Notes: generated by a model from the letters alone, not told the origin. DNA of 64,000 bases from Myxococcota bacterium (GCA_049317445.1 JBMOIG010000004.1:5182-69181); one strand, 5' to 3'; positions 28,901 to 37,604 are shown, numbered from the stretch's first letter. A program made the numbers and translations.

Positions 28901-30291
28901 CTCTCTGCGTTGGCGGTCGTGGTGCACTGACCGGTCTTTGCGTCGCAGCCGTCCAGTGTGCACGCAACGCCGTCGTCGCACGCCTTGGCCACGCCCACGC
29001 AGCCGCCCTTGTCACACGCGTCGGCCTGAGTGCACGCGTTGCCGTCGTTGCACGCAGCGGCCATGGGGTTGAACTGGCAGGCCAGCTGGGGGTCGCAAGA
29101 GTCGGCGGTGCAAGCGTTGCCATCGTCACACGGAAGGGGGGCGCCGCCGCCGCACTTGCCCTGCCCGCACTTGGAGCCGGTCGAGCAAGCGTTGTTGTCG
29201 TCGCACGCGGCACCCTCGTTCACGGCCGTCGGCACGCATTGGCCGGTGCCCTTGTCACACTGCGACGTCATGCACGCGTTGTCGTTCGCTGGGTCGCACT
29301 TGACGGCAAGCGCGGGGTCTGCCTCGCATTTCTTGGCAACGCACTTCAGCGCGCCCAGACACTTGTTGTTGCTCTGGACCGCACACTCGACGTCCGTTTG
29401 GCAGGCGCAAGTGGACGAGCCGGAGCACTGGCCGTCCGCGCTGCACTTGTCGCCTTCAGTGCAAATGCTGCCGTCGTCGCAGGCCGCGCCGGCTTGGAAG
29501 CCCTCGACGACGCAGCCCTGCGCCGCATCGCAAGTCTGGGTCGTGCAAGGGTTGCCGTCGTCGCACTGTTCGTTCTTCGCTGCGTGGGTACAGCCCAGCT
29601 GCGGGTCACAGGCATCGAGCGTGCAGTCGACGCCGTCGCTGCAATCGGCCGCTTGTCCTTTGCACACGCCGTTCGTGCAAACGTCCGCGACGGTGCACGG
29701 GTTGGCGTCGTCACACGAGCCGGTGACGTCGGTGATCGGCTGGTGCACGACCTCCTTGCCTTGATTGCAGAAGTCTTTGGTGCAGGGATTGCCGTCCTCG
29801 TAGTCCGCGTCGCTGGCCGCCACGCACTGACCGGCCGTACAGCGGTTGCCGCAGGCCCCGAAGCCGCAAGGGGTCGCCTCGTCCCGGTCGCGCTGGACGC
29901 ATTGGCCCACGTCGTCGCAGGCGAGCTTGCGGCACTCGGAGACAGGACCCTGCGCGTCATCCACGCATATGTCGCCGACCGCCTTCAGCTTCTTCTTGCA
30001 GTAGCCGTTGTCACACACGGGCAACGTACACGGCGTCTTGCCCAAGACCTTGTCGTTGCAGTCGTAGTTGGTCTCGCACTCGTTGCCTTGAACGATGTCG
30101 ACCGGATTGACGTCGTGGTCCGTGGTATCGGGTTCCAGCGCATCGACGCTGGTGTCCGAGCCTGCCGCGTCCGTCGTGGTGTCGTCGGCATCCGCCACAG
30201 CGTCGGGAGGGGACCCGGCCGGCACGACGAGCTGGCCGCAGCCAGCAAATCCGAGGACGATGACGAACGGCACGAGCCACAGGGTGCGCAT
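25990..30291 (-). CDS. Giant Cys-rich repeat lipoprotein (1433 aa) with a unique beta-rich C-terminal region
   Basis: Lipobox LGFAGC, D/T linker, more than 20 CxDGNxCT units, then about 370 aa of non-repetitive C-terminus. Confidence 0.85.
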   Translation of the reverse strand: MRTLWLVPFVIVLGFAGCGQLVVPAGSPPDAVADADDTTTDAAGSDTSVDALEPDTTDHDVNPVDIVQGNECETNYDCNDKVLGKTPCTLPVCDNGYCKKKLKAVGDICVDDAQGPVSECRKLACDDVGQCVQRDRDEATPCGFGACGNRCTAGQCVAASDADYEDGNPCTKDFCNQGKEVVHQPITDVTGSCDDANPCTVADVCTNGVCKGQAADCSDGVDCTLDACDPQLGCTHAAKNEQCDDGNPCTTQTCDAAQGCVVEGFQAGAACDDGSICTEGDKCSADGQCSGSSTCACQTDVECAVQSNNKCLGALKCVAKKCEADPALAVKCDPANDNACMTSQCDKGTGQCVPTAVNEGAACDDNNACSTGSKCGQGKCGGGAPLPCDDGNACTADSCDPQLACQFNPMAAACNDGNACTQADACDKGGCVGVAKACDDGVACTLDGCDAKTGQCTTTANAESCGDGNPCTVDTCDLLKGCLQTPDDKAACDDGEACTKDSCSGGKCVSINECQCQPATGAKDCDDNNPCTVDSCDVATKKCKNEAAAANGKACDTANKCQNPGSGVCQAGACTGGTAKDCSASANACNTGACDAATGACTSVPKADATPCDADGSGCTVNDGCKAGKCQPGDAPDCSAQNDACNSGSCGSTGVATYQCGKSPKPQGTSCEDGQYCTLNDACSANGTCVGGLAKTCAEVADACNVGQCDDGADQCKKVPKAAATLCDDGQFCTVGDMCDGKGTCAGATQSCPGGNCLVGQCDEQNDKCTTTAAALGTSCSDGNACTSSEECNTAGVCGGGQVKACTGDQCNDPTCDPNTGACGLNPKAGGSSCSDGNACTSGDQCLAGACKSGSYTCACTVANQAKDCNDGNACTLDACVLSGTIYKCQNSVQINAACSDGNACTQSDTCNIAGACVGGAAKVCNGDQCNDATCDTVTGNCGTKPKATGTTCSDGLFCTENEVCDSNGKCGGGSAKVCPAAPTCQQAACDNASASCKNSALVKGTACTDANDCTSGEVCDGAGTCSGASPVADFSACSDGKSATSGDVCVNAACVGFSMMDGTPGPVVGLAYQSKFKNSWAAVMAPKPVADPAASPEYAITTLASNGKVVDPGFIIPGTLLHASDQVVVGLKGAVWMWMPALNSWSTSNPLVAGLNSAGLSGLDWRTVGSKLVGTTLYVHLAGPTAVARCYGPDSGTVKFTCAGTPVSSKQFPVAATVSTYKTLCLPPCMSSTTAVYNVAVATMPVLSTFNPTIVDWVWDPSTGAYTKTTAGAYANSMETFGDAVVYDQGMFLSDDTSRWIIGPSGFLAFQKGNAATFYSANSIVSAYAIRAVTTYNGYVFLWGSRTIKGVIEPVVLIHKDAIGTQLDPATWTVRVLATPNFSGTACTNSAFTAVAADARSGGALFVGNVCANSSTISPPLLRSVTYALPLP

Positions 30292-30359
30292 GAGAGACTC
30301 CTCGCTGAGGATGGGGCCACCTGCGTGGTGCCCAGACAGACGTGTCGGGGGGACCTCAA

Positions 30360-30388
30360 ACGATAGCTTCCTGCTTGCGGCGCGTCAA
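30360..30388 (-). promoter_or_regulatory. Sigma70-type promoter for the 1433-aa lipoprotein
   Basis: TTGACG-17 bp-TATCGT on the minus strand. Confidence 0.55.
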
Positions 30389-30561
30389 AGAGGGCTGGAC
30401 GTTGGAGGGCGCACTGGCCCCACCGCGGCGCTTCATCTCCGTCACATCCAGGGCGCGGGCACAATCGCTTGTCGCATCGTGGCCTTTGCACGCATCGTTG
30501 ACCGGTCCGCCGTCGGCGGCGATGCTACCCATCGGTCCTTCGGCCCACCAAGGAGTGCGCG

Positions 30562-30804
30562 ATGTACAACGTCAAGCTGGTCTCGCTGCCGCACCACCGC
30601 CATGAGCGCGCTGAGCGCGTCGTTCAGAAGCACAATCCGGGGTTGGACCACGGCGCGCGGTTGGCCCTGCTGGCCAAGCTGACCGTCGGCCCCCAGAACG
30701 TCGCGCGGTACGAAGAAAAGGCGTCGGCCGAGCACGTCGCCGCGGAGTACCGGCTGTTGGGGGGCGTGGTCCAGATCGTCGCGGCGGGCGGGGAGGCGGT
30801 GTGA
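30562..30804 (+). CDS. 80-aa protein resembling the ribosomal L7/L12 C-terminal (ClpS-like) domain
   Basis: AGGAG RBS and GTGA coupling to moaA. Pattern YNVKLVS...VVQK..PGL...LA...GPQ.V...EKASAE...EYRLLGGVVQIV. Confidence 0.6.
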   Translation: MYNVKLVSLPHHRHERAERVVQKHNPGLDHGARLALLAKLTVGPQNVARYEEKASAEHVAAEYRLLGGVVQIVAAGGEAV

Positions 30805-31928
30805 CCGACCGTCCGACTCACGCACGAAGCGCGTCTCGCACGGCAGTTGCGGACCTCTCGCTCGGGACAAACGCTGCCTCCGATCCAGCATTCAGGCAGC
30901 TCTCGGGGCTGGACGTTGGAAGAAATCCCTACGATCTGGTCGACCTGCACTCGCGCACCGTCACGTACCTGCGCATCAGCGTGACCGACCGCTGCAACTA
31001 CCGTTGCGCGTACTGCATGCCGGTCATGGGCGTGGACGTCGTGCCCCGCGCCGACTTGCTCTCCTTCGATGAGATTGAGCGGCTGACCCGGCTGTTCGTG
31101 TCGCTGGGCGTGCGGAGGGTGCGCCTGACCGGCGGCGAACCACTGGTACGGCGAGGGGTTGTCGAACTGGTGGCGCGGCTGTCGGCGATCCCAGGGGTCG
31201 AGGACTTGGCGATGACGACCAACGGCCACCTGTTGGGCGGGCTGGCGGGCGACTTGCGTCGGGCGGGACTGCAACGGCTGAATGTGTCGATCGACACGCT
31301 GGACCCCAAGCGATTCGCTGAATTGACACGGCAGGGCGACGTTGCCGCCGTGTTGGAGGGGCTGAAGTCGGCGCAGTCGGCGGGCTTTCGCGACATCAAG
31401 CTGAACATGGTCGTGTTGCGCGGGATCAACGAGCGCGACGTCCTGCCGCTGGCCGACTATGCCGCGGCGAATGGCCATATCCTGCGTTGTATCGAGTACA
31501 TGCCGGTCGGCATCGACGCCGCTTGGGGGCCGGACAAGTGGTTCCCCGCCGCAGACGTCCGCGCGTTGCTGGCGGAGCAGTGGGAGCTCGCGCCTGAGTC
31601 CGGGCCGCCACCGGTCGGCGGTGGACCCGCAGTGGCGTGGCGCGGGCGACGGCGCAACGACGGGGTCGAAGTACGGCTGGGCTTCATCTCGGCGCTGAGC
31701 GAAAAGTTCTGCCAGACGTGCAACCGCGTGCGCCTGTCTTCGACGGGTACGTTGAGGGAGTGTCTGTCGGCTCCGGGGACGCTATCGCTGCGGGACCTGA
31801 TGCGCGCAGGTCGAGACGATGCAGACATTCAAGCGGCGATCCGGGGGGCGCTGACGGGCAAGGTCGACGCGCATCGGTTCGAAGTCGCCGTTGCCACGCC
31901 AGAGTCGATGAGCGCGATTGGCGGTTAG
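30801..31928 (+). CDS. moaA: GTP 3',8-cyclase (molybdenum cofactor biosynthesis)
   Basis: YLRISVTDRCNYRCAYCMP, LTGGEP, FCQTCNRVRL...ECL and the C-terminal MSAIGG. Confidence 0.95.
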   Translation: MTDRPTHARSASRTAVADLSLGTNAASDPAFRQLSGLDVGRNPYDLVDLHSRTVTYLRISVTDRCNYRCAYCMPVMGVDVVPRADLLSFDEIERLTRLFVSLGVRRVRLTGGEPLVRRGVVELVARLSAIPGVEDLAMTTNGHLLGGLAGDLRRAGLQRLNVSIDTLDPKRFAELTRQGDVAAVLEGLKSAQSAGFRDIKLNMVVLRGINERDVLPLADYAAANGHILRCIEYMPVGIDAAWGPDKWFPAADVRALLAEQWELAPESGPPPVGGGPAVAWRGRRRNDGVEVRLGFISALSEKFCQTCNRVRLSSTGTLRECLSAPGTLSLRDLMRAGRDDADIQAAIRGALTGKVDAHRFEVAVATPESMSAIGG

Positions 31929-31949
31929 GCAATTCGTCAGGAAGTCAGG

Positions 31950-33212
31950 CTACATCCGCACCAGGCTGGAAGCGAACTGGAACGCGATGCCCAGCACTAC
32001 CAGACACGCCGACACGGCCGCGGCTCGGCGGATGCGGCTGGGCTGTGGGGCCGGCGGCAGGTCGCGCGACAGGACCACGCCCGAGGCAAAACCGACCACG
32101 AGCCCGCCGATGTGGGCGGCGTTGTCGATCATGGGAAAGCTAAGTCCAAACGCAACGTTGACTACGGTGAACATCAAGGCTGATCGCGTCAGCCCGCGGA
32201 ACACCTGGGCCGGCACAGAGCCTCGCCGCGACAGGGCGAATCCCAGCAGGCCACCGATCAGGCCGAACACGGCTCCAGAGGCACCCAGACTGGGCAGCTG
32301 CGGCGAGTCGGCGAGCGTCCACCCCAGCGAGGCGATCGAGCCGCCCAGGCCCGCAAGCAGATAGAGCACACCGAACATCGCGGACCCGAACAGCCGCTCG
32401 GCCGTGTCGCCGACCGACTTCAACACCCACATGTTCATGCCGATGTGCAGCAGGTTGGCGTGCATGAACGTGCACGTCAGCAGGCGCCATGCCTCGTTGG
32501 CACCCACTGTCAGCGCCGCGATGTTCGCGCCGGTCGCTGCGAGCTGCTTGCCGCCAAATTCGCCCAGAAACCCTGAGAACGCGTCGGGGCGCATCGCCAT
32601 CATCGCCACAAAGACCAGGACGTTCACGGCAATGAGGCCGATGGTCACCGGCGAGCCACGGCCAGTCCGCCGCAGGCGCTCGAAGAACACGTCGGGGTTG
32701 CGGGGATCCCCCAGTGCCGCAAGATGGTCCAGAGGGTTGATGTTGTTCAGGGCCTGCAGCTGCTGCGGGTGAAACAGCGTCTGCACCGCCGCCGCAGCCG
32801 TCGGATCTCCGTAGGCCATCGCGTCGATCGCCGACACTGCGACGATTCGTACGCCGAACTGCCGGGCCAGCTGCATCAACGGCGCCTCGCGCAGCACGGG
32901 AGTCAGCAGCACGAGCACGAAAACCGTTGGCATCATCCGGGCGTCGGCCAGACGCTGCAGCCAGGCGTCCACCTGCTCGTAGCTGGGGGCGTCCCACGGC
33001 AGCACCAGCCAGGCGCCCGGCGGCAGCGGCGGGGCGGGCAGGCGAGCGGTGTCGGCGTCGTCTACGTTGGGGGGCGGCACCTGAAGGGTCACGGGCACCC
33101 GCTTCCAATTGTCCTCAGACGCGCGGCTGACATAGCGTGCGCCGTGGTAGAGCAAAAAATGCTGCACCAAGGCTGAGGTGTCGGCGGTCGTCGTCGGCAT
33201 GGTGGGGGACAT
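31950..33212 (-). CDS. Rhomboid intramembrane serine protease with an N-terminal soluble domain; start uncertain
   Basis: Motifs WRLLTCTFMHANLLHIGMNM, LGASGAVFG and DNAAHIGG. Confidence 0.88.
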   Translation of the reverse strand: MSPTMPTTTADTSALVQHFLLYHGARYVSRASEDNWKRVPVTLQVPPPNVDDADTARLPAPPLPPGAWLVLPWDAPSYEQVDAWLQRLADARMMPTVFVLVLLTPVLREAPLMQLARQFGVRIVAVSAIDAMAYGDPTAAAAVQTLFHPQQLQALNNINPLDHLAALGDPRNPDVFFERLRRTGRGSPVTIGLIAVNVLVFVAMMAMRPDAFSGFLGEFGGKQLAATGANIAALTVGANEAWRLLTCTFMHANLLHIGMNMWVLKSVGDTAERLFGSAMFGVLYLLAGLGGSIASLGWTLADSPQLPSLGASGAVFGLIGGLLGFALSRRGSVPAQVFRGLTRSALMFTVVNVAFGLSFPMIDNAAHIGGLVVGFASGVVLSRDLPPAPQPSRIRRAAAVSACLVVLGIAFQFASSLVRM

Positions 33213-33377
33213 CGGCCTGCTTTGCGCCCGGACAGGACGTCTGCAAAGAGAAGCAGCCCCGAGGGCGGCGCGCAAGGTCATCCTTGACGAATAGCCCATG
33301 CGGCAGGGGCTCCCGGTGTTGGCGGCTTGGGTGTATCCTCTTGCGGTCGGCCCGCCCCCGGGCCATGGGAGCAGACG

Positions 33378-33866
33378 ATGATCAAGCTGCCTTTCGCCGT
33401 GCAACACGCGGCGGCCGTGTTCCTGGGGATCACTCTTGCCGTCGCGTGCGGCAATCCAATGGTGCAGCCCGCGCCCGATCCATCGACGGTCCAGAAGCCC
33501 GCCCCGCGTGAAGAGGCCCCGCCCAACGCTTGGAATTCCTTCCGTGGCGAGAAGTTCCAGCTGGGCGACGTGTTCCGTGTTGGTCGCCACCCGGTCGGCA
33601 TCGACGGGCCCAAGGTCGTGGTCTCGCTGGTGCGGACCGACTGGCAGACGATGCAGGCGCCCAACGGCAAGGAACTGCGGACGGCCACCGCGTCGCTTGT
33701 GGTCCAGCAGGGCGAGGACGATCGCAAGGTCGTGATCAACGAAAAGGACGACCGAGTCGTGTTCGACGTCCGCATCGAAGTCGTCGCAGCGGGCGAGGAC
33801 TATGATGCTGAGCACTTGCTGTATCTGCCCTGGGTTGACTTGAAGGTGACGATGGCCGCTCGCTAG
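33378..33866 (+). CDS. Hypothetical lipoprotein
   Basis: GGGAG RBS, lipobox LAVAC and a beta-rich body. Confidence 0.65.
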   Translation: MIKLPFAVQHAAAVFLGITLAVACGNPMVQPAPDPSTVQKPAPREEAPPNAWNSFRGEKFQLGDVFRVGRHPVGIDGPKVVVSLVRTDWQTMQAPNGKELRTATASLVVQQGEDDRKVVINEKDDRVVFDVRIEVVAAGEDYDAEHLLYLPWVDLKVTMAAR

Positions 33867-33911
33867 AGTGCGCGAGCTGTTCCATCCGCGACCCTGAATC
33901 TACGGAGTCCC

Positions 33912-34967
33912 ATGACCGAGACGAGACGCATGCGGTGCCTGTCGGGCATCAAGCCGACCGGGCAGCCGCACTGGGGTAACTATTTCGGGATGATCCGGCC
34001 CGCGCTGGAGCTCGCCCGCGAGCACGAGGCGTACTACTTCGTCGCCGACCTGCACGCGCTGACGACGGTGCGAGACGCCGCCCAGCTGCGCAAGGACAGT
34101 CTGGGCATCGCCGCGTCGCTGCTTGCTAGCGGTCTGGACCCGGCGAAGTCGGTGCTGTGGCGGCAGTCAGATGTGCCCGAAGTGCTCGAGCTGACTTGGG
34201 CCCTGTCTTGCGTGACCGGCATGGGTCTGGTCGAGCGGGCGCACGCCTACAAGGACGCGCGGGCCAAGGGCAAGGACCTGAACTTGGGCGTCGTCACCTA
34301 TCCCGTGCTGATGGCGGCCGACATCCTGTTGTACGACTCGGACTTGGTGCCGGTCGGCAAGGACCAAGTGCAGCACTTGGAGATGGCACGCGACATGGCC
34401 ACCTACTTCAACGTCGCCTTCATGGGCGCGCCAGAAGGGGGGACGGTCGAAGACGTCGCGTGGGACGGTCGGTTGCTGAAGCGTCCACAGGCGCTGGTGC
34501 AGCAGGCGTCGGCGGTGGTGCCGGGGCTGGACGGCCAGAAGATGTCGAAGTCGTACGGGAATACCATTCCGATGTTCGCGGGTTCCAAGGAACTCAAGCA
34601 GCGGGTCATGGCCATCAAGACCGACTCGACGCCGCTGGAGGAGCCCAAGGACCCGACCACCTGCAACGTCTTCGCGCTGTATGCGCTTTTCGCGACTCCG
34701 CAGGAGCGGGAGGCCCTGGCTGAGAAGTACCACGGTGGAAATTTCGGCTATGGACACGCCAAGTTGGCGTTGCTGGAGCTTGCTGAGCGCCACTTTGGCC
34801 CCGCCCGCGTGCGTTACGACGAGCTGATGGCGCGTCCCGACGACCTGGAAGACATTCTGGCGGACGGTGCGGCCCGTGCTCGCCTTGTCGCGCGCGGCGT
34901 GCTCGAGCGCGTGCGCGCGGCGTGCGGCCTGTCGTCTGTCGCCCACACCCGGCCCCCAGTGGCCTGA
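33912..34967 (+). CDS. trpS: Tryptophan--tRNA ligase
   Basis: Motifs SGIKPTGQPHWGNY, YPVLMAADIL, VPVGKDQ and KMSKSYGN. Confidence 0.96.
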   Translation: MTETRRMRCLSGIKPTGQPHWGNYFGMIRPALELAREHEAYYFVADLHALTTVRDAAQLRKDSLGIAASLLASGLDPAKSVLWRQSDVPEVLELTWALSCVTGMGLVERAHAYKDARAKGKDLNLGVVTYPVLMAADILLYDSDLVPVGKDQVQHLEMARDMATYFNVAFMGAPEGGTVEDVAWDGRLLKRPQALVQQASAVVPGLDGQKMSKSYGNTIPMFAGSKELKQRVMAIKTDSTPLEEPKDPTTCNVFALYALFATPQEREALAEKYHGGNFGYGHAKLALLELAERHFGPARVRYDELMARPDDLEDILADGAARARLVARGVLERVRAACGLSSVAHTRPPVA

Positions 34968-34982
34968 GCCGAACCGGAACCG

Positions 34983-35876
34983 ATGCAGAACGGACCGCGC
35001 CACCCCGAACGTGACCCTGACGTCGAGATCCTGCCCGCCGACCCACGGTGGCGTCAGGCCCGGCCGTCCGTCGTGTATGAGGTCGACCCCGCCGACCAAG
35101 CCGCGCCAAGCGAGCCCCACACTGTCCGCCGCGTCGAGACTGCCCCCAGCCGTCCGCTGGTCGTCTCGCAGCTGTGGAAGGTCGCGAAACGCTTCGCGAT
35201 GTTCCTGGCGCTTGCGCTGTTCGCCGTGTGGCTGTTCGAGCCTCTGGGGCCGGAGCCCTTGGCTCGCGCAACGGTGCTGCTGCGCGACGCGGGGTGGATG
35301 GGCAAGGGCATCGTGGTGTTGAGTGTGGCCGCCTTGGTGCCGACGCTGGTGCCGGTCGGACCCTTGGCGATCGTTCCCGGCTATGTCTGGGGCACCGTCG
35401 AGGGCACGGCGCTGGCGATTCTGGGTGCGGTGCTGGGCGGCCTGCTGAACCTGTGGATCTCTCGCCGCTTTCTTGGGCCGCATGTGCAAGCGTGGACCGG
35501 CACGAGTGAGTTGCTGGCCTCGCTGGCGGACACGATTGACGCCCGCGGCCTGCGCATCCTGTTGGGCCTGCGCCTGTCGCCGGTGATGCCGTATGGGCTG
35601 CTTTCGTACCTGACGGGTGTGACCCGCATCGTGTGGTGGCGATTTGCGCTCGCAGCGGCGCTGGGCGGCATCCCTTGGACTTCGGTCTACGGCATGGCAG
35701 GGGCGATGATGGCCGAGTCGGCCCGCGCGGTGTCCCTCGATGGGGTCGTGGCCAGCCCAGAGACGACGTGGCTGCGGTGGATCGGGCTGGGCTTCACCGT
35801 GCTGGTCGCCGTCTGGATTGGCCGGGTGGCGCGTGCGGACCTGACGCGCAATCGAGCGATGCGGAGGCCCGCATGA
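34983..35876 (+). CDS. TVP38/TMEM64 (DedA/VTT) family membrane protein
   Basis: Multiple transmembrane segments and LRLSPVMPYGLLSYLTGVT. Confidence 0.88.
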   Translation: MQNGPRHPERDPDVEILPADPRWRQARPSVVYEVDPADQAAPSEPHTVRRVETAPSRPLVVSQLWKVAKRFAMFLALALFAVWLFEPLGPEPLARATVLLRDAGWMGKGIVVLSVAALVPTLVPVGPLAIVPGYVWGTVEGTALAILGAVLGGLLNLWISRRFLGPHVQAWTGTSELLASLADTIDARGLRILLGLRLSPVMPYGLLSYLTGVTRIVWWRFALAAALGGIPWTSVYGMAGAMMAESARAVSLDGVVASPETTWLRWIGLGFTVLVAVWIGRVARADLTRNRAMRRPA

Positions 35877-36619
35877 CCAGCGCAGCGCCGGTGCGGTCCG
35901 AGCCTGCCCGCCGCGCGCTCGACCAGACCTGCGTGACCGTGTTGGGCTGCGGCGGTCTGGGCGTGCCGGCCGCGTGGACGTTGGCGCTGGGCGGGGTGAA
36001 GCGGCTGCGGCTGGTGGACCCCGACGTGGTCGAACTGGCCAATCTGCATCGGCAAGTGGCGTTCGGGCAGAGCGATTTGGGCGTTCCCAAGGTCGATGCG
36101 CTGGCCCGCTGGCTGCAGTCCAGGGTGCCGGGGCTGGCCATCGAACGCGTGGTCGCCCGAGTGACGGCCGACACCCTCGACGAGGTGCTGCGGGGCTGCG
36201 ACGCCGTGGTCGAAGGGACCGACGACACGCTCTCGAAATTCCTGGTGAATGACTGGGCCATCCGTCCCGGACCGGGCGGGCGCACCCGAGTCGCCACGAT
36301 CGCCGCCGCCATCCAGCGCAAGGGCCAGGTGTTCACCGTCACGCCCCACGGCGCCTGCTACCGTTGCCTGTTCGAGGAACCGCCCCCGCCGGAGTGTGTC
36401 GGTACATGCGCCGTCGCCGGCGTGATGGGACCCGCAGTGGGGCAGGTCGGCGCTTGGGCCGCGCGGTCACTGCTGGCCGTGCTGCAGGGGCAGGCGGACC
36501 CGGCCGAGTCGGCGTTGCTGCGGCTGGACCCGCGCGGCGTGCACCGCACGGCGGTTTCCCCAGCCGGCGACTGCCCTTGCGCAGCGTCACGGCTGACCGG
36601 CGGGAGGGTCCATGCGTGA
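35873..36619 (+). CDS. HesA/MoeB/ThiF (E1-like) adenylyltransferase lacking the N-terminal RYxRQ helix
   Basis: Motifs GCGGLG, DPDVVELANLHRQ, PKV, EGTDD, CYRC...GTCAVAGVMGP and terminal DCPC. ATGA overlap with the upstream gene. Confidence 0.9.
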   Translation: MTSAAPVRSEPARRALDQTCVTVLGCGGLGVPAAWTLALGGVKRLRLVDPDVVELANLHRQVAFGQSDLGVPKVDALARWLQSRVPGLAIERVVARVTADTLDEVLRGCDAVVEGTDDTLSKFLVNDWAIRPGPGGRTRVATIAAAIQRKGQVFTVTPHGACYRCLFEEPPPPECVGTCAVAGVMGPAVGQVGAWAARSLLAVLQGQADPAESALLRLDPRGVHRTAVSPAGDCPCAASRLTGGRVHA

Positions 36620-37604
36620 CCCGCGCCAAGTCTTCGCGCGCTATGGTCGGCAGCTGCTGGTGCCGGGCGCGGCTTTCCACGGCCAAGCCGCACTGCACGG
36701 CTGGGCGGCCGTGTTCGGGCACGACGGCTCCCCCGTCGCCGCGGAGGCCGCTGCCGTTGCCGCCCGCTATCTGGTCGGTGCCGGACTGGGACATGTGGCG
36801 ATTCCGCAGGCCGAGCTGCTGGCCCTGGCCGACTTGGACCCCGCAGTCGAGTTGATCGACGGACCCGGGCAAGCGGTTCCTCCGGCCGCGCACTTCTTCT
36901 TTGCCCAGCGCGGGTTTGGCATGACGGTCGATGTCGTGCGGCTGACCTCGGCGGACACCTCGCCCACGGTCTGCACGCTGCGTTGGGACGTTGGCCATCC
37001 CGCCGGAATGGTCGACGCGGTCGCCGTGGGCGCTGCGGCGGCCGGACTTTTGCTGGACGAAGTGTTTGAGCTGGCGCCGCTGCCCTCGTCGCTGTGCTGG
37101 GACTGGACGGACCCGGTCTTGCCCCGCCTGTCGCGAAAACCCCAGCCTGCGCAGCGGGTTGGCACGGTACGGGCCGACGCGGTGTTGCAAGGCGAGCTGC
37201 TGGCCGACGCCGACGCGATGCTGGTGCTGGAGCACGAGTGTCAGACCCGCGCGCCCGCCGAGGCCTGCGGTCTGTTGGTGCGAAACGGGGCAGGGCGGCT
37301 CGAAGTCGTGCCGACGAGGAATCTGCAGGACGAACGCCATGTTGCGGATCCAGACAGCCATCCCCGCACTTCGCGGACGGCATGGCAACTGGACACCCGG
37401 GTCGTGGCGAGGCAGGCCGAGCAGGGGCGGCCGCTGGTCGCGTTCTGGCACTCGCATGTGGACACCGACGCACACTTTTCGGCCGACGACCTGGCCGGAG
37501 CAGCCCCGGACGGTCAGCCCCTGTACCCCGGAGTTGCCCACGTCGTGGTGGCCGTGATTGCGGGCAAGTGCTCGGAAGTCAAGGTGTATCGTCTGGACGA
37601 CTAA
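36612..37604 (+). CDS. Fusion of an inactive ThiF/E1-like domain and a JAB/MPN (M67) metalloprotease
   Basis: N-terminal RYGRQLLVPGAAFHGQAAL...ARYLVGAGLG. C-terminal EACGLL...HSHVDTDAHFSADD. GGGAGG RBS. Confidence 0.85.
   Translation: MRDPRQVFARYGRQLLVPGAAFHGQAALHGWAAVFGHDGSPVAAEAAAVAARYLVGAGLGHVAIPQAELLALADLDPAVELIDGPGQAVPPAAHFFFAQRGFGMTVDVVRLTSADTSPTVCTLRWDVGHPAGMVDAVAVGAAAAGLLLDEVFELAPLPSSLCWDWTDPVLPRLSRKPQPAQRVGTVRADAVLQGELLADADAMLVLEHECQTRAPAEACGLLVRNGAGRLEVVPTRNLQDERHVADPDSHPRTSRTAWQLDTRVVARQAEQGRPLVAFWHSHVDTDAHFSADDLAGAAPDGQPLYPGVAHVVVAVIAGKCSEVKVYRLDD

Noticed and set aside
19931-30291. Regular nucleotide repeats (e.g. gtgcaggggttgccgtcgtcgca) that could suggest a CRISPR array or VNTR
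   Set aside because: They are degenerate, in-frame and vary at third codon positions, so they encode CDDGNPCT protein repeats. No cas genes are present.
30292-30561. Moco riboswitch upstream of moaA
   Set aside because: No recognisable conserved motif; divergent promoters explain the region.
31911-31928. MoaA C-terminal GG as a possible ubiquitin-like substrate for the nearby E1/JAB pair
   Set aside because: The terminal GG is a normal, catalytically required feature of MoaA, not a beta-grasp tail.
34415-34475. Short insertion in TrpS (MGAPEGGTVEDVAWDG)
   Set aside because: It falls in a variable loop and is too short for an intein; catalytic motifs are intact.
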